Shown one piece after another: positions 30,283-39,800 of a stretch of 64,000 nucleotides of DNA. Source of the stretch: Patescibacteria group bacterium (GTDB taxonomy: Bacteria > Patescibacteriota > Minisyncoccia > Phycocordibacterales > UBA9973). The stretch spans positions 100,749 to 164,748 of the forward strand of contig JAZKIP010000008.1 of assembly GCA_040384805.1 (NCBI GenBank). The letters run 5' to 3'. A model generated the notes under the pieces. It saw only the letters and a program-made list of their open reading frames with translations, was not told the DNA's origin and ran no database searches. Position 1 is the first letter of the stretch; each line of letters begins with the position of its first letter. Both the position numbers and the translations under genes were made by a program.

Positions 30283-30611
30283 TTATTCTGCCTTGCGCAA
30301 GATCTTTTCTATCGGTCTTCCCTTAGCGAGCTCGTCTATGAGCTTATCGAGATAACGAACCTCCCGCATGATCGGATCTTCGATCTCTTCTAATCGCACT
30401 CCGCAGATTGTTCCGGTAATCAAAGACCGCGCGGGATTAATTTTAGGCGCTTTGAGAAAGAAGGTTTCAAAATCTGTTTGCTTCTCTATCTGCGTTTCTA
30501 AAGCTTTTGGGGTGTACCCGGTCAGCCAGCGAATTATCTGATCAACTTCCGATTTCGTGCGGCCTTTCCTCTCTGCTTGGAGTTTTAAGTTTCGAACCGA
30601 TTTAAAAAACC
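30283..30611 (-). pseudogene. 5'-truncated DUF2200 family gene remnant
   Basis: Manual translation gives ...[99 protein letters not shown]. No ATG/GTG/TTG start is available in frame, and the conserved N-terminal ~25 residues are missing. Confidence 0.45.
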
Positions 30612-30745
30612 GTTATAAATTCGATGCTCTTCGGACTCCGAACTCTGCTCACGTTTGCTGTTAATTAAGGACTGTCACGGTCTGGTACGAAAGCTTAATA
30701 ATTATATACTTTTTTCTTAAATTTGTTCTAAAACTAGTTCTAGTC

Positions 30746-31627
30746 TCAGGCGGCTTCTGCAGACCTTTCTAGTGTATCTTTCACCTTTCCTGCTGTATCA
30801 CTTAATAGCTGAGCCCTGTCTTTAATCTCTTTAAACATAAGCTCAGCTCTTTGTTGTTGATCACTAGGAGTTTGTTCAATAAAATTACCTTCGAAATACA
30901 CTTCAAATTCTTTCTTATTGAGATCTACTGCTCCTTTTTCTAAAATAGTCATAAAAGCACTCGAATCTTTGAGAGTTGTTTGGAGCAACTCATCGCTTTT
31001 ATTCTTAATTAACGAAAGAACCTCCGCAAGTCTTTTTGGATCATCGCTCCATGGGCTCATTTGGTATAAAGTTACAATATTTCTAATGAACATTTCTCGT
31101 CGTTTCGGAATGGAAATACTGTCATGGTCATTTTCCCACCGTACGGCATCATGCGGAATAAAGGACTTACCAAAATCAAAGAGTGTGTACTTATCAAAGC
31201 CTCTGATGAAATATTTATCTTTATCCTCTTCAAGAACATTTGTGATAACATTCATGTGCTCTCGTTGATTTTTCGGATCCTTCTGGCGCTTTTTCTCATC
31301 GAAAACATCATGATCACGGCTCTGAAAAACTTGATCTAAAACAAATTTATCAGCTTCAAACTCTAGCCAGGCATGATCAGGATCCACCCTCTTTTCAAGT
31401 GAATCTATCTTTTGATGATGTGAAAAATATTTCCTACTTATCACTTCACCTTTTTCGTCAACTTGATTCTCTACAATAATTTGCGCAGCTGGAATAATTC
31501 CACGTACGAGACTTGAGAGCAAAAACTGTCGCTGAGGAAATTCTTTTATCTCAGTAAAAGTTTCTCCTTCTACTCTTTCGAGAAAAGATGTTTTTGTTGG
31601 GTTTATATTTTTACCAAATGATTCCAT
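30746..31627 (-). CDS. hypothetical protein
   Basis: AT-rich ORF with no motif. Confidence 0.5.
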   Translation of the reverse strand: MESFGKNINPTKTSFLERVEGETFTEIKEFPQRQFLLSSLVRGIIPAAQIIVENQVDEKGEVISRKYFSHHQKIDSLEKRVDPDHAWLEFEADKFVLDQVFQSRDHDVFDEKKRQKDPKNQREHMNVITNVLEEDKDKYFIRGFDKYTLFDFGKSFIPHDAVRWENDHDSISIPKRREMFIRNIVTLYQMSPWSDDPKRLAEVLSLIKNKSDELLQTTLKDSSAFMTILEKGAVDLNKKEFEVYFEGNFIEQTPSDQQQRAELMFKEIKDRAQLLSDTAGKVKDTLERSAEAA

Positions 31628-31929
31628 ATGTTTCTCACTATTTTTATATCTAGGACTCGAACTGAAAATATCTTGATACTCATAGATATTTCAATTTTAG
31701 CATTTTGACCCGTCTAGGTCACTTTTTATGATTTTCAAAATGAGCGTTATGACATATGACGTGTCGTGGTCGCAAGGTACCAAAAACTAGACTGCTGGCA
31801 ACCTCGGTCTCGGAAATTCTCATACCTTACCCCGTAGGCCTTTTTTAGCTAATTTTATTCTACCATTTTAATGCTCCTCGGATAGGGTTATTTTAGGAAT
31901 CTTTCAGTAAAAAGATCATATCGAAACTT

Positions 31930-32610
31930 CTAAAGTTTTGGCCATTTACCCATCCTAACTAAAAGCCATACTGCTCTACAAAATTCAAAATCTTTCTCGA
32001 ATTCAGATAATTTCGGCAAACCAGCTTGTTGCGAAATCGAATCGAGGAGTGACAGATATTTTTGCTTTTGTTCATTAGTAAATCGATATTTCCCAAAATA
32101 TTCATATTCTTGAGAACTAGGGAAATAATCTATATGTACTATAGAGCCCACGATATCATAACCAAATGGGCCATAAAAAGAATCTTCGAAATCTATTACT
32201 CCAGCAGGATAAGTATTACTTGGATTAAAATCACCATGAGTCAGTACAAACGGAAAAACAGAAAGCCTTCCTTTTATATCAGAAAAGATAGTTCTAATTT
32301 TGTCACTATATTGGGGTAATTCATTACAAAGGATATCTAAATGAATACCTGAAGCAAAAGTCCCGAAATCCTTATTTTCTGTTTGGGTATTTAGCTGTGC
32401 ATTCGCAAACTTTTCGACGACTGACAAGAAAATCGCAAAACTCGCATCAGTTATACTTCCAGACTGAAGCATATCTTCAGCAAAGATTTTTCCAATTTTT
32501 TCTTCACCGAGGGAGCTTTCGACGAAATAATGCATTCCATCTAGATCTCCCTCTTCAAGTACTTCTGCTACTGGGAAACCCGATGCTTCCATTTTGCGAT
32601 GGTTTTCCAA
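31930..32610 (-). CDS. aminoglycoside-phosphotransferase (APH) family kinase, lacking the N-terminal Gly-loop strands
   Basis: Brenner motif HGDFNPSN and a GVIDFE sequence. Only a TTG start is available, and the frame stays open upstream to about 32721 without a start codon. Confidence 0.6.
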   Translation of the reverse strand: MENHRKMEASGFPVAEVLEEGDLDGMHYFVESSLGEEKIGKIFAEDMLQSGSITDASFAIFLSVVEKFANAQLNTQTENKDFGTFASGIHLDILCNELPQYSDKIRTIFSDIKGRLSVFPFVLTHGDFNPSNTYPAGVIDFEDSFYGPFGYDIVGSIVHIDYFPSSQEYEYFGKYRFTNEQKQKYLSLLDSISQQAGLPKLSEFEKDFEFCRAVWLLVRMGKWPKL

Positions 32611-32846
32611 ATCTCGTTTAATTTTATCGCCATTCCCCAGCCGAGCTCTATGCCCTGGCCGGTTGAAGGAAAAGAAACTTCCGCGAGGACGAGATCTGAA
32701 TTCTTGATTTCTTCCTGGGTATTAATATTTTTATCATCTTTATGAGGGAAGAAAAAGGAATGTTCCGCAAAGACAGGGTCATTGAGAGGTTCGTAGAGGT
32801 CGGCAGTGAAATCGAAGTTTTGGGAGTGGGAGACGAAGATTTTCAT
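32568..32846 (-). CDS. nucleoside 2-deoxyribosyltransferase-like small Rossmann protein (tentative)
   Basis: DLVLAEVSFPSTGQGIELGWG resembles the NDT-like glycine-rich loop. This ORF overlaps the kinase frame. Confidence 0.35.
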   Translation of the reverse strand: MKIFVSHSQNFDFTADLYEPLNDPVFAEHSFFFPHKDDKNINTQEEIKNSDLVLAEVSFPSTGQGIELGWGMAIKLNEIWKTIAKWKHRVSQ

Positions 32847-32866
32847 CTCAGACTGTCTGCCAGTCA

Positions 32867-32904
32867 GGGAATCTCGATCCTTACAGGGTCAGTACACCCT
32901 TTCC
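32867..32904 (-). promoter_or_regulatory. conserved 5'-leader element, copy 1 (upstream of the NDT-like/APH pair)
   Basis: About 32 of 38 nt identical to 34979..35014. Confidence 0.4.
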
Positions 32905-32993
32905 ATTCGCAGAGTCAGGGACTCGGTCACAAGTATTTTTCTGCTGAAAAATCTCGCGACCCCGCCTCCTCCGACAAAAGTCGGAGTCCGGCT

Positions 32994-33013
32994 TTCGAGT
33001 CCCTGACCGGCAG
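32994..33013 (+). repeat. 20-nt exact copy of the tRNA-Gln 3' end (TTCGAGTCCCTGACCGGCAG), inverted relative to the tRNA gene at 46992..47062
   Basis: Direct sequence identity. Confidence 0.7.
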
Positions 33014-33131
33014 GCGCTTCGTTACACTCAGCTTTCTAGCTGGCCGTCTCGAGCTAGGACCTTTTGGTTCATTACCCTGCAAGGACGGTTTGATACTTTC
33101 CATTGTAACATTTCAACGCGTCTCGAGCGGC

Positions 33132-34139
33132 TTAAGATTTTTCAATAAACCTGCAGAGTTCTTGCCATACACCATCAGCAATCTCAATTTCGCCAGTTTT
33201 CTCGGCTTGTTTTGTACGTCGATCCCCTTTTTCACCTGGAAGTACCACTTCCTGTCCTGGAATAGGTTTTGCTGACTTAATGTGATTGACCAGTTCCCGA
33301 CTTCGTTTCATATACTCTTCTTTTCCTGCTAATAAACCAGGGTCAATTGCTAAAATAAATGTACCTGCTCCATCTGCTTCATGGGCACCTGGTATTCCGG
33401 CAAGAGAAAAAGCACTACCCATCAACTGCACAAAGAGAGATAGTCCAAAGCCTTTATGATCAGCAAACGTCTTTATGGCACCGCCTACTGATTCTCCATT
33501 TCCGCTTCCCATCACTTCCTCAGCGTTTGTAGTCGGTTCACCATCTGCATCGAGAGCTACACCTTCGGGAAGGGGCTCTCCTGTAAGCATTGCTTGGACA
33601 AGCCCAAAGTATGCAATCGCGGCAGTTGCATTGTCGAAGATAACTTCACCACCCTCATACGGAAATGCATACGCGAGCGGATTAGTCCCGAGCTTACGTT
33701 CAGCTGAACCAGTTGGTGCTACTGCTGCCCACCCACCATTACCGACACACATAAAACCGATATATCCTGCTTTCGATATACGACGAACAAAGTATCCAAT
33801 AGACCCAGAAGATGAATAAGTGTGATTGACACATGCTATACCAACTCCGTGCTGTTTGGCTAACTCTATCGCTTTATCTGCTGCTTTAGTAGTTGTCACC
33901 ATTGAGTGACCACCTGATAGGAGTACCCCGCACTTATTTTCTTTAACAACTTTAAATTCTTCTAGTTTAGTCGCAGGAGGTATTCCACCAGTGGCAATCT
34001 TCGCAATGCCTTGATTATTACCACGCATTTCTGCATAAAGAAGAGTGTCTATAATAATTCGAGCATCTTCACCTATATATCCAAGCTTATAAACACCGCT
34101 TTCTACTTTTTCTTTTAATTCTAGAATTTTGATTTTCAT
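33132..34139 (-). CDS. Ldh_2 family oxidoreductase (malate/L-lactate/L-sulfolactate dehydrogenase family)
   Basis: ADHKGFGLSLFVQLMGSAFS and overall length fit PF02615. Confidence 0.75.
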   Translation of the reverse strand: MKIKILELKEKVESGVYKLGYIGEDARIIIDTLLYAEMRGNNQGIAKIATGGIPPATKLEEFKVVKENKCGVLLSGGHSMVTTTKAADKAIELAKQHGVGIACVNHTYSSSGSIGYFVRRISKAGYIGFMCVGNGGWAAVAPTGSAERKLGTNPLAYAFPYEGGEVIFDNATAAIAYFGLVQAMLTGEPLPEGVALDADGEPTTNAEEVMGSGNGESVGGAIKTFADHKGFGLSLFVQLMGSAFSLAGIPGAHEADGAGTFILAIDPGLLAGKEEYMKRSRELVNHIKSAKPIPGQEVVLPGEKGDRRTKQAEKTGEIEIADGVWQELCRFIEKS

Positions 34140-34193
34140 TATTGCAAATTATAACATACATGAACTTCCTAAAATAATGATTCTCGAGCGCTA

Positions 34194-34907
34194 TTATAAA
34201 ATAGCCGCAAGTACTTCCCGATTTACTTTAACCCACTCGATCTGATTATGAAATTCAGTTACTTTCAAAGTAGAGAAAGCTCGTTCGTCTTCTGTTTTTG
34301 CGTTTATAGAGAGATTCTTGCGCATACTAAGTATGTGCTCTTGCTCTTTGATTAGAGACTCGACGAATTCAGGTCCATTATGAAAGTCATATGCATTGCT
34401 CATTAACTTAATCCTACGAATTTGTCTCTCTAAGGGAACATTGTCGCCTAAATTAAGAAATGTCCAAACTGCATACGCAAATTCATCAGAACGCTTACCG
34501 GGATGAGCACCATCAAAATCTATAATCCCAACAACTGCGTTGTTCTTAAAAATTAGATTCCACGGGGCAAAGTCATTATGACATACAACTTCATTTTCGC
34601 CTGCAAGATTGCTTCCAGCAGTAGAATTGTGAAATTCTCTCAATAGATCGGCTACTTGTGTTAACTGTTCATCTGTCCAGTTATTTTTTTCACGCAGAAC
34701 TTCTCCTTCGATAAAACTTAGTATCTCGCGGTTTTTATCATCTACACCCAAAAAGCGGGGTGCATAACTAAATCCCTTTTTTTCTAGGTGTTGTAAGAGA
34801 GAGTGGATGAAATCTGCATTAATCCCTTGCGGCCTATGTACAGTATTTTCAATTTGCACTATTCCTTCAGTTGATCTGCCTCCCAAAAGAGGAATTTCTG
34901 TATTCAT
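34194..34907 (-). CDS. APH family phosphotransferase
   Basis: HNDFAPWN and GIIDFDGAHPG motifs. Confidence 0.7.
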   Translation of the reverse strand: MNTEIPLLGGRSTEGIVQIENTVHRPQGINADFIHSLLQHLEKKGFSYAPRFLGVDDKNREILSFIEGEVLREKNNWTDEQLTQVADLLREFHNSTAGSNLAGENEVVCHNDFAPWNLIFKNNAVVGIIDFDGAHPGKRSDEFAYAVWTFLNLGDNVPLERQIRRIKLMSNAYDFHNGPEFVESLIKEQEHILSMRKNLSINAKTEDERAFSTLKVTEFHNQIEWVKVNREVLAAIL

Positions 34908-34978
34908 GCAATAATGATACCGCAATTAGAAGATAAGAAAAAGTATGCTCTTCGTGCTAGCAGAAGTTGACTACCGCA

Positions 34979-35014
34979 GGGAATCTCAATCCTTAGAGAA
35001 TCAGTACACCTTCC
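34979..35014 (-). promoter_or_regulatory. conserved 5'-leader element, copy 2 (upstream of the APH gene)
   Basis: gggaatctcaatccttagagaatcagtacaccttcc, aligned to copy 1. Confidence 0.4.
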
Positions 35015-35289
35015 GCGTCGGGTTCGCTTCGCTTCACGCGACATACTCAAAAACAATATCTCTTGATCAAAAGAAAAACTAAAACCATGATTATATCAGT
35101 TTTCTTAACATATGTGCTCTATATAGATTTAAGAAACATCTCCTAAAGATGTCTCGCTCAAGCGCACTAAAAAGTGACAAAAGTGACATACCCTAATACA
35201 TCTATTATAAATTGACAACTTAACCATTAATGTTAATATGTGCGACAAGGCTGGTAGTTTGCTAGTCCTTTCTAAATTATTAAATAATC

Positions 35290-36609
35290 ATGACATTTAA
35301 TTTCACCGAATTTGTCAACTTGCTCAAAGAGTATGTTGGCTATAAAAGCGTATCCACAGATAAAGCTTTTTCAGATGGCATAACCGCCACTGTTGTTTTC
35401 CTCAAATCCCTTTTTGAAAAGAATGATTTTAAAGTTTCCATCCTGCAGGGCCCGAACACTAACCCCGTGGTACTGGCTTCTTATCACAAATCTAACAACC
35501 TTAAAACGAAGTTGATTTATGGGCATTACGATGTTCAGCCGGCTTTGACAGGAGGCGGGTGGAAAGGAGATCCCTTTGTGCTTCGTGAAGAAGATGGGAG
35601 ACTGATAGGCCGTGGCGTCATGGATAATAAAGCGCAAAATCTTATCCACATATTCACGGCGCTGAAACTTATCAAAAATGGCACTTTGGGGTGCAATGTA
35701 AAGTTCCTGATCGAAGGGAATGAAGAAACCCAGAATCCGGACATGGCTGACCTGGTCCTGAAACATGCCGACGAATTAAAATGTGATGAGATTATCGTTT
35801 CTGATGGAGAAATCCTTGGAAGCACTCCTTGCATCGAAGAATCCCTGCGTGGCGGAGGTAACATAACGCTTACCTTCAAAACTGCAAAAAATAACCTTCA
35901 TTCCGGCGTTTACGGAAGCGGTATCCCGAACTCAGCAAAAGAAATGACCGCCTTTTTGGCAAAAATGCTGTTGCCTCATGGCCGGGTAGCCATACCTGAA
36001 TTCTATGATTCTGTTGATCCAATCAGCCAGGAAAAGGTTGCCAAGAATAAAGCGATGCTTGAAATTGACAATCCACTGGATGTAACCGGGGCAAAGAAAA
36101 CAATTGGCATACATGATTTCCATACCATGGTCGGTGTTTGGCCGGCTATGGAAATCAGCGGCCTGCTTTCCGGCTATACAGGCGAGGGTTATAGCAATAT
36201 AATCCCTGGAGAAACAATGGCAAAGATTAATGTTCGGCTGGTAGCCTCACAAACGAGCCATGCATTTGAAGAGATGTTCAGAAGATATGTGGAAGATAAC
36301 GTTCCAGACAGTGTTGACTACACTATATCTATGACCAAATTTTCACCGCCGGTTAAAGTCGATGTAACATCGCCGGAAATACAGAGAATAATGTGGCACC
36401 AGAAAAGGATTTACGGAAAAAAGCCTATTGTCAAAAATGTTGGCGGCGGAATTCCGATTGTAGCCGATTTCAAAGAAATCCTCGGCGTGGATGCCTTCTT
36501 GATCCCACTGGGTTGCAACGACAGCAATATGCATGGGGACGAAGAAAACATGCAGATCGATCTGCTTCAGAAAGGCCTGGAATTGAGCGAACAAATATTG
36601 ATGAATTAA
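35290..36609 (+). CDS. M20 family metallopeptidase (dipeptidase-like)
   Basis: YGHYDVQPA, GRGVMDNKAQN and IEGNEE motifs. Confidence 0.85.
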   Translation: MTFNFTEFVNLLKEYVGYKSVSTDKAFSDGITATVVFLKSLFEKNDFKVSILQGPNTNPVVLASYHKSNNLKTKLIYGHYDVQPALTGGGWKGDPFVLREEDGRLIGRGVMDNKAQNLIHIFTALKLIKNGTLGCNVKFLIEGNEETQNPDMADLVLKHADELKCDEIIVSDGEILGSTPCIEESLRGGGNITLTFKTAKNNLHSGVYGSGIPNSAKEMTAFLAKMLLPHGRVAIPEFYDSVDPISQEKVAKNKAMLEIDNPLDVTGAKKTIGIHDFHTMVGVWPAMEISGLLSGYTGEGYSNIIPGETMAKINVRLVASQTSHAFEEMFRRYVEDNVPDSVDYTISMTKFSPPVKVDVTSPEIQRIMWHQKRIYGKKPIVKNVGGGIPIVADFKEILGVDAFLIPLGCNDSNMHGDEENMQIDLLQKGLELSEQILMN

Positions 36610-36680
36610 AAAGGTTAAAAGATTGATTGCAAAAACTGATATGACGAAAGTCCTCTGTCAGTTTTTTATTTTTTACTTTT

Positions 36681-37328
36681 CTAGGTTTTCGACATATTAC
36701 TAGCGTATGGACCACCAAGGAATTTCTGCAATTCCAAAAGTTCTATTTGCAAGGCGCCTAAATCAAGATCACGCTCTGCATATGTATAAATTTTCGTCAT
36801 TGGATCATAATTACGCAGATGCAAAGCATTGGTACCTCCTTTTTCATTTTTATCACCGATAGTGAGATCACTCACAACACGACGGTCAGCATCACTGTTT
36901 TTGTGTTTCGGATATTCTTCATTTATCCATTTCACCATTCTTTGGTCGTAATGATCAAGATCATTTCTAAAAGACTTATTTTGAAGCAAGACGAACATTG
37001 GTATCTCGATTACATCGGCTAGATCTTTACCTATTTGCATACCAATAGTATCAACAAGATATTGACCTTTCTTGTCTTTAGAAGACCATAGGAGCTTCGA
37101 CACATTTGCACAGTGGGTTAAAAAAGAGTGTATCGAAGAGAATGTCAGAAGAATATTACCTTCGCCTTTCTTACTAATGTTATCGAACGCAGCAAGCGCA
37201 AAGAGAATCTGCATACTGATTTCTCTCTGTGCTTGCATAATAATGTAGTTTTGTAATTCAGTTAATTCTGACACAGTTTTCATATCTGAATTATAGATCT
37301 TCTGATTTCTTTTATCAAAAAGTGACAT
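36681..37328 (-). CDS. hypothetical protein (third gene of a coupled operon)
   Basis: 3-nt gap to the upstream gene. Confidence 0.5.
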   Translation of the reverse strand: MSLFDKRNQKIYNSDMKTVSELTELQNYIIMQAQREISMQILFALAAFDNISKKGEGNILLTFSSIHSFLTHCANVSKLLWSSKDKKGQYLVDTIGMQIGKDLADVIEIPMFVLLQNKSFRNDLDHYDQRMVKWINEEYPKHKNSDADRRVVSDLTIGDKNEKGGTNALHLRNYDPMTKIYTYAERDLDLGALQIELLELQKFLGGPYASNMSKT

Positions 37329-37331
37329 ATC

Positions 37332-38750
37332 CTAAGCCTTACTTGCAGAAGGTTTTTCTCGTCCATCGACAACAATGATCGTTGGATGCTTTTTACCTTC
37401 TTTTTCTTCCTCTTCTTCCATTCTAAGAACTTCTTCAAGAACTTTACTCTTCCCTATGACCTGAACCACCACAAAATAACTTGCTTTTGCTTCTTCACTT
37501 TCTTCGTAAATTCTAGTTTGCTTCTCGTAACCTTGTCGAACATGACCCGATGTGAGCTTTACTTCGACAATAATTTTTTCCTTATGACCAGTGCTTAGTT
37601 TAAAATCAACTGGCCCCTGTCCAGCATTGGATTCTGGAGAAATATCTATATCTGACGATTCGCAATACAGAAGAGCAGTCGCATAGAAAAAGTGTCGTGC
37701 ATGGCTTTCATTAAGAGGCTCCTTTGAATCATTATAAAGGGAACGCCAGCCACCCTTGGTTTCAATAAATTTCTTGAAGGCATTAATAATTTTTTGTACG
37801 ATTTCTTCTAGATCTTCTTTTTTCTTAGGCTTTGTAGGGATTGAAAGAGGATTCGCTTTTACCAATTCCTTAGCTTTTTCCGGCCATAGATAGAGACCTG
37901 CAGGATCGCTCTCAAAATCATACGCTTCAGGATTGCATGCTTGATATGCAGCAACCACGGTACTGATTCTATCTTTTGTCTCAAGAAGATATCGTCGAAT
38001 CTCCGATTTCTTCGGTTTCTTCCCGTCCTTCTGGGTAAAACAGGCTGCAAGAATTGAATTAAATTTCTGCCTTAGCTCATCATTAAAAGCAGCAACAACA
38101 CTGATATCTTCAAAGCTGGTAGCGAGCGGCAAATCCCGAAGAATTCCCTGTGGAAGGAAAATAAGGGGTCCGTCTTTTAAAGGATGTTTCGCAAGGGTGT
38201 AATTATGCTCACAGGTCTTCTGTATAAAAATTTCTTTAATTTTAAGTTCTTTTGTCACTCTTTCAGAGTATGTATATATTCTATGTAGCAGTATACGAAT
38301 GAGCCCATCACTTAAACGGTCAGGTCCGAAATCTTCTTCAAAAAGTCCCATGACCTCAAAGATAGCTGGGTCATTTACACCCATTTTGATAAGTTCTTCA
38401 GCGGTTAACATTAAATGTCTAGCCAACTCAGGACCTATGGCTGAACCGTCGTCTCTTTTATTACCGTAACCTATACCAATTCCACGAACTTCACGGAGAA
38501 TCAATTTTTTATGCGCTGCTTCTCTTGCTTTCTTGTTTTCAGTGCGTAAGAGAGTTATAACACCTGAGAAATAAATCCGTACCTCAGCGAGTGCATCTTT
38601 AAATTCAGGTACCTTAGTCTTAGACAGAAGAAGAGAATCGACGAAAAATAAGCTATCAACCCCAATAACAGGGTTGAATGCTCCAGACTTTGCGTACGCA
38701 GAATCAGATATTCCAAAATATTCACTTGCCCGTTTAAGCTTCTGATTCAT
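37332..38750 (-). CDS. hypothetical protein with C-terminal PD-(D/E)xK nuclease-like motif
   Basis: CESSDID...GPVDFKL...IIVEVKL, i.e. an E...D...ExK arrangement. Confidence 0.5.
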   Translation of the reverse strand: MNQKLKRASEYFGISDSAYAKSGAFNPVIGVDSLFFVDSLLLSKTKVPEFKDALAEVRIYFSGVITLLRTENKKAREAAHKKLILREVRGIGIGYGNKRDDGSAIGPELARHLMLTAEELIKMGVNDPAIFEVMGLFEEDFGPDRLSDGLIRILLHRIYTYSERVTKELKIKEIFIQKTCEHNYTLAKHPLKDGPLIFLPQGILRDLPLATSFEDISVVAAFNDELRQKFNSILAACFTQKDGKKPKKSEIRRYLLETKDRISTVVAAYQACNPEAYDFESDPAGLYLWPEKAKELVKANPLSIPTKPKKKEDLEEIVQKIINAFKKFIETKGGWRSLYNDSKEPLNESHARHFFYATALLYCESSDIDISPESNAGQGPVDFKLSTGHKEKIIVEVKLTSGHVRQGYEKQTRIYEESEEAKASYFVVVQVIGKSKVLEEVLRMEEEEEKEGKKHPTIIVVDGREKPSASKA

Positions 38751-38752
38751 AA

Positions 38753-38998
38753 CTAGTATTTTTTATCAACAGGAGGAGTGGGGTCATTACCGGGAGCAAC
38801 GGTATCTTTGTCTCTTATTGGTCCACCATTTGGCTTGTGTATAACCACTTCTCCACCACCAGAATTAGCTGATAATTCTTTTGCAATTTTTTCTGCTTCT
38901 TTCTGAGTATCAACAAGTACAGAAGCACGATCTGCGCCTTCTTTTAAAACTTTCCATTTATCTGATCCTTTCGGATTTGTTACATGATAATTAGACAT
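38753..38998 (-). CDS. DUF2188 domain protein
   Basis: YHV..P.G..WKV.KEGA.RAS...DT..EA...A.......EVVIHK.NG.IRDKDT...GNDP.PP. Confidence 0.7.
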   Translation of the reverse strand: MSNYHVTNPKGSDKWKVLKEGADRASVLVDTQKEAEKIAKELSANSGGGEVVIHKPNGGPIRDKDTVAPGNDPTPPVDKKY

Positions 38999-39059
38999 AT
39001 TTCCCTTTTATAGATTAATTAATAAAAAATCTAAATTAATTATAAACTCCCGTTAAAAT

Positions 39060-39800
39060 TTATCTATATCTCCGACCCCTTGCCATATAGCATGATATGT
39101 TAGTTAATTTAGATTTCCTTTATCTCCTATTTGCTAACTTAATCATATGGTACGGAAATCAAGAATCGACAAAGGAGGACTTTACTACCGTGTTTATAAC
39201 AAGGCATGTTGGGACAAAACTTTATTTGAGAATGAAGATGATTTCAGGATAGTAAAAGAAAAATTTTCAGAGGCAAAAAGTGCAACGAAAATGAGAATAC
39301 TTGCTTATTGCTTTATGCCAGATCACTTCTATCTTATTCTTTATCCCGTTAATGACGGTGATATGAGAAAGTTTATGCAACTTGCTATTGGCGCGCATAC
39401 GCACTGGTGGCATAGAATGCACAAAACATCTGGATCAGGTCCTATATATAAAGGCAGGTATAAATCTGAGATTATTCCAGAAGACCAGTTGTCTCAACAA
39501 ATAGAGGAAGTAGAAAGTTGCCCTGTAAGGGACAAGTGCGCAGAGACACCTGTGGAATATAAACACTCAAGTGCATCAGCACGCGTTGAGAAAGATTTTA
39601 TGCTGCTTACTAAGTAGCCATGAAGAAAATTTTTCATTTGACTGATTATCCATAACGTAGCATAATTAAACATATTCCCCCACTACACTTTCTAATTTTA
39701 TGATATATTCAGGATAGCCGAACATTTAAATTTTAAAAAAACTGGTTCTCCCGCGTAAAGATTCCTCCTCTATTATAGAGAGGAGGAATATAGACAACGG
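39060..39800 (+). mobile_element. possible IS200-like element with flanking hairpins (extent uncertain)
   Basis: tnpA-like gene, an AT-rich inverted repeat upstream, and a perfect hairpin attcctcctctat-tata-tagagaggaggaat at 39760..39792. Confidence 0.3.
39147..39617 (+). CDS. IS200/IS605-family (Y1 HUH) transposase-like protein / REP-associated tyrosine transposase-like
   Basis: HUH motif AHTHWWH, Tyr in IYKGRYKS, and an ILAYCFMPDHFYLIL core. Confidence 0.6.
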   Translation: MVRKSRIDKGGLYYRVYNKACWDKTLFENEDDFRIVKEKFSEAKSATKMRILAYCFMPDHFYLILYPVNDGDMRKFMQLAIGAHTHWWHRMHKTSGSGPIYKGRYKSEIIPEDQLSQQIEEVESCPVRDKCAETPVEYKHSSASARVEKDFMLLTK

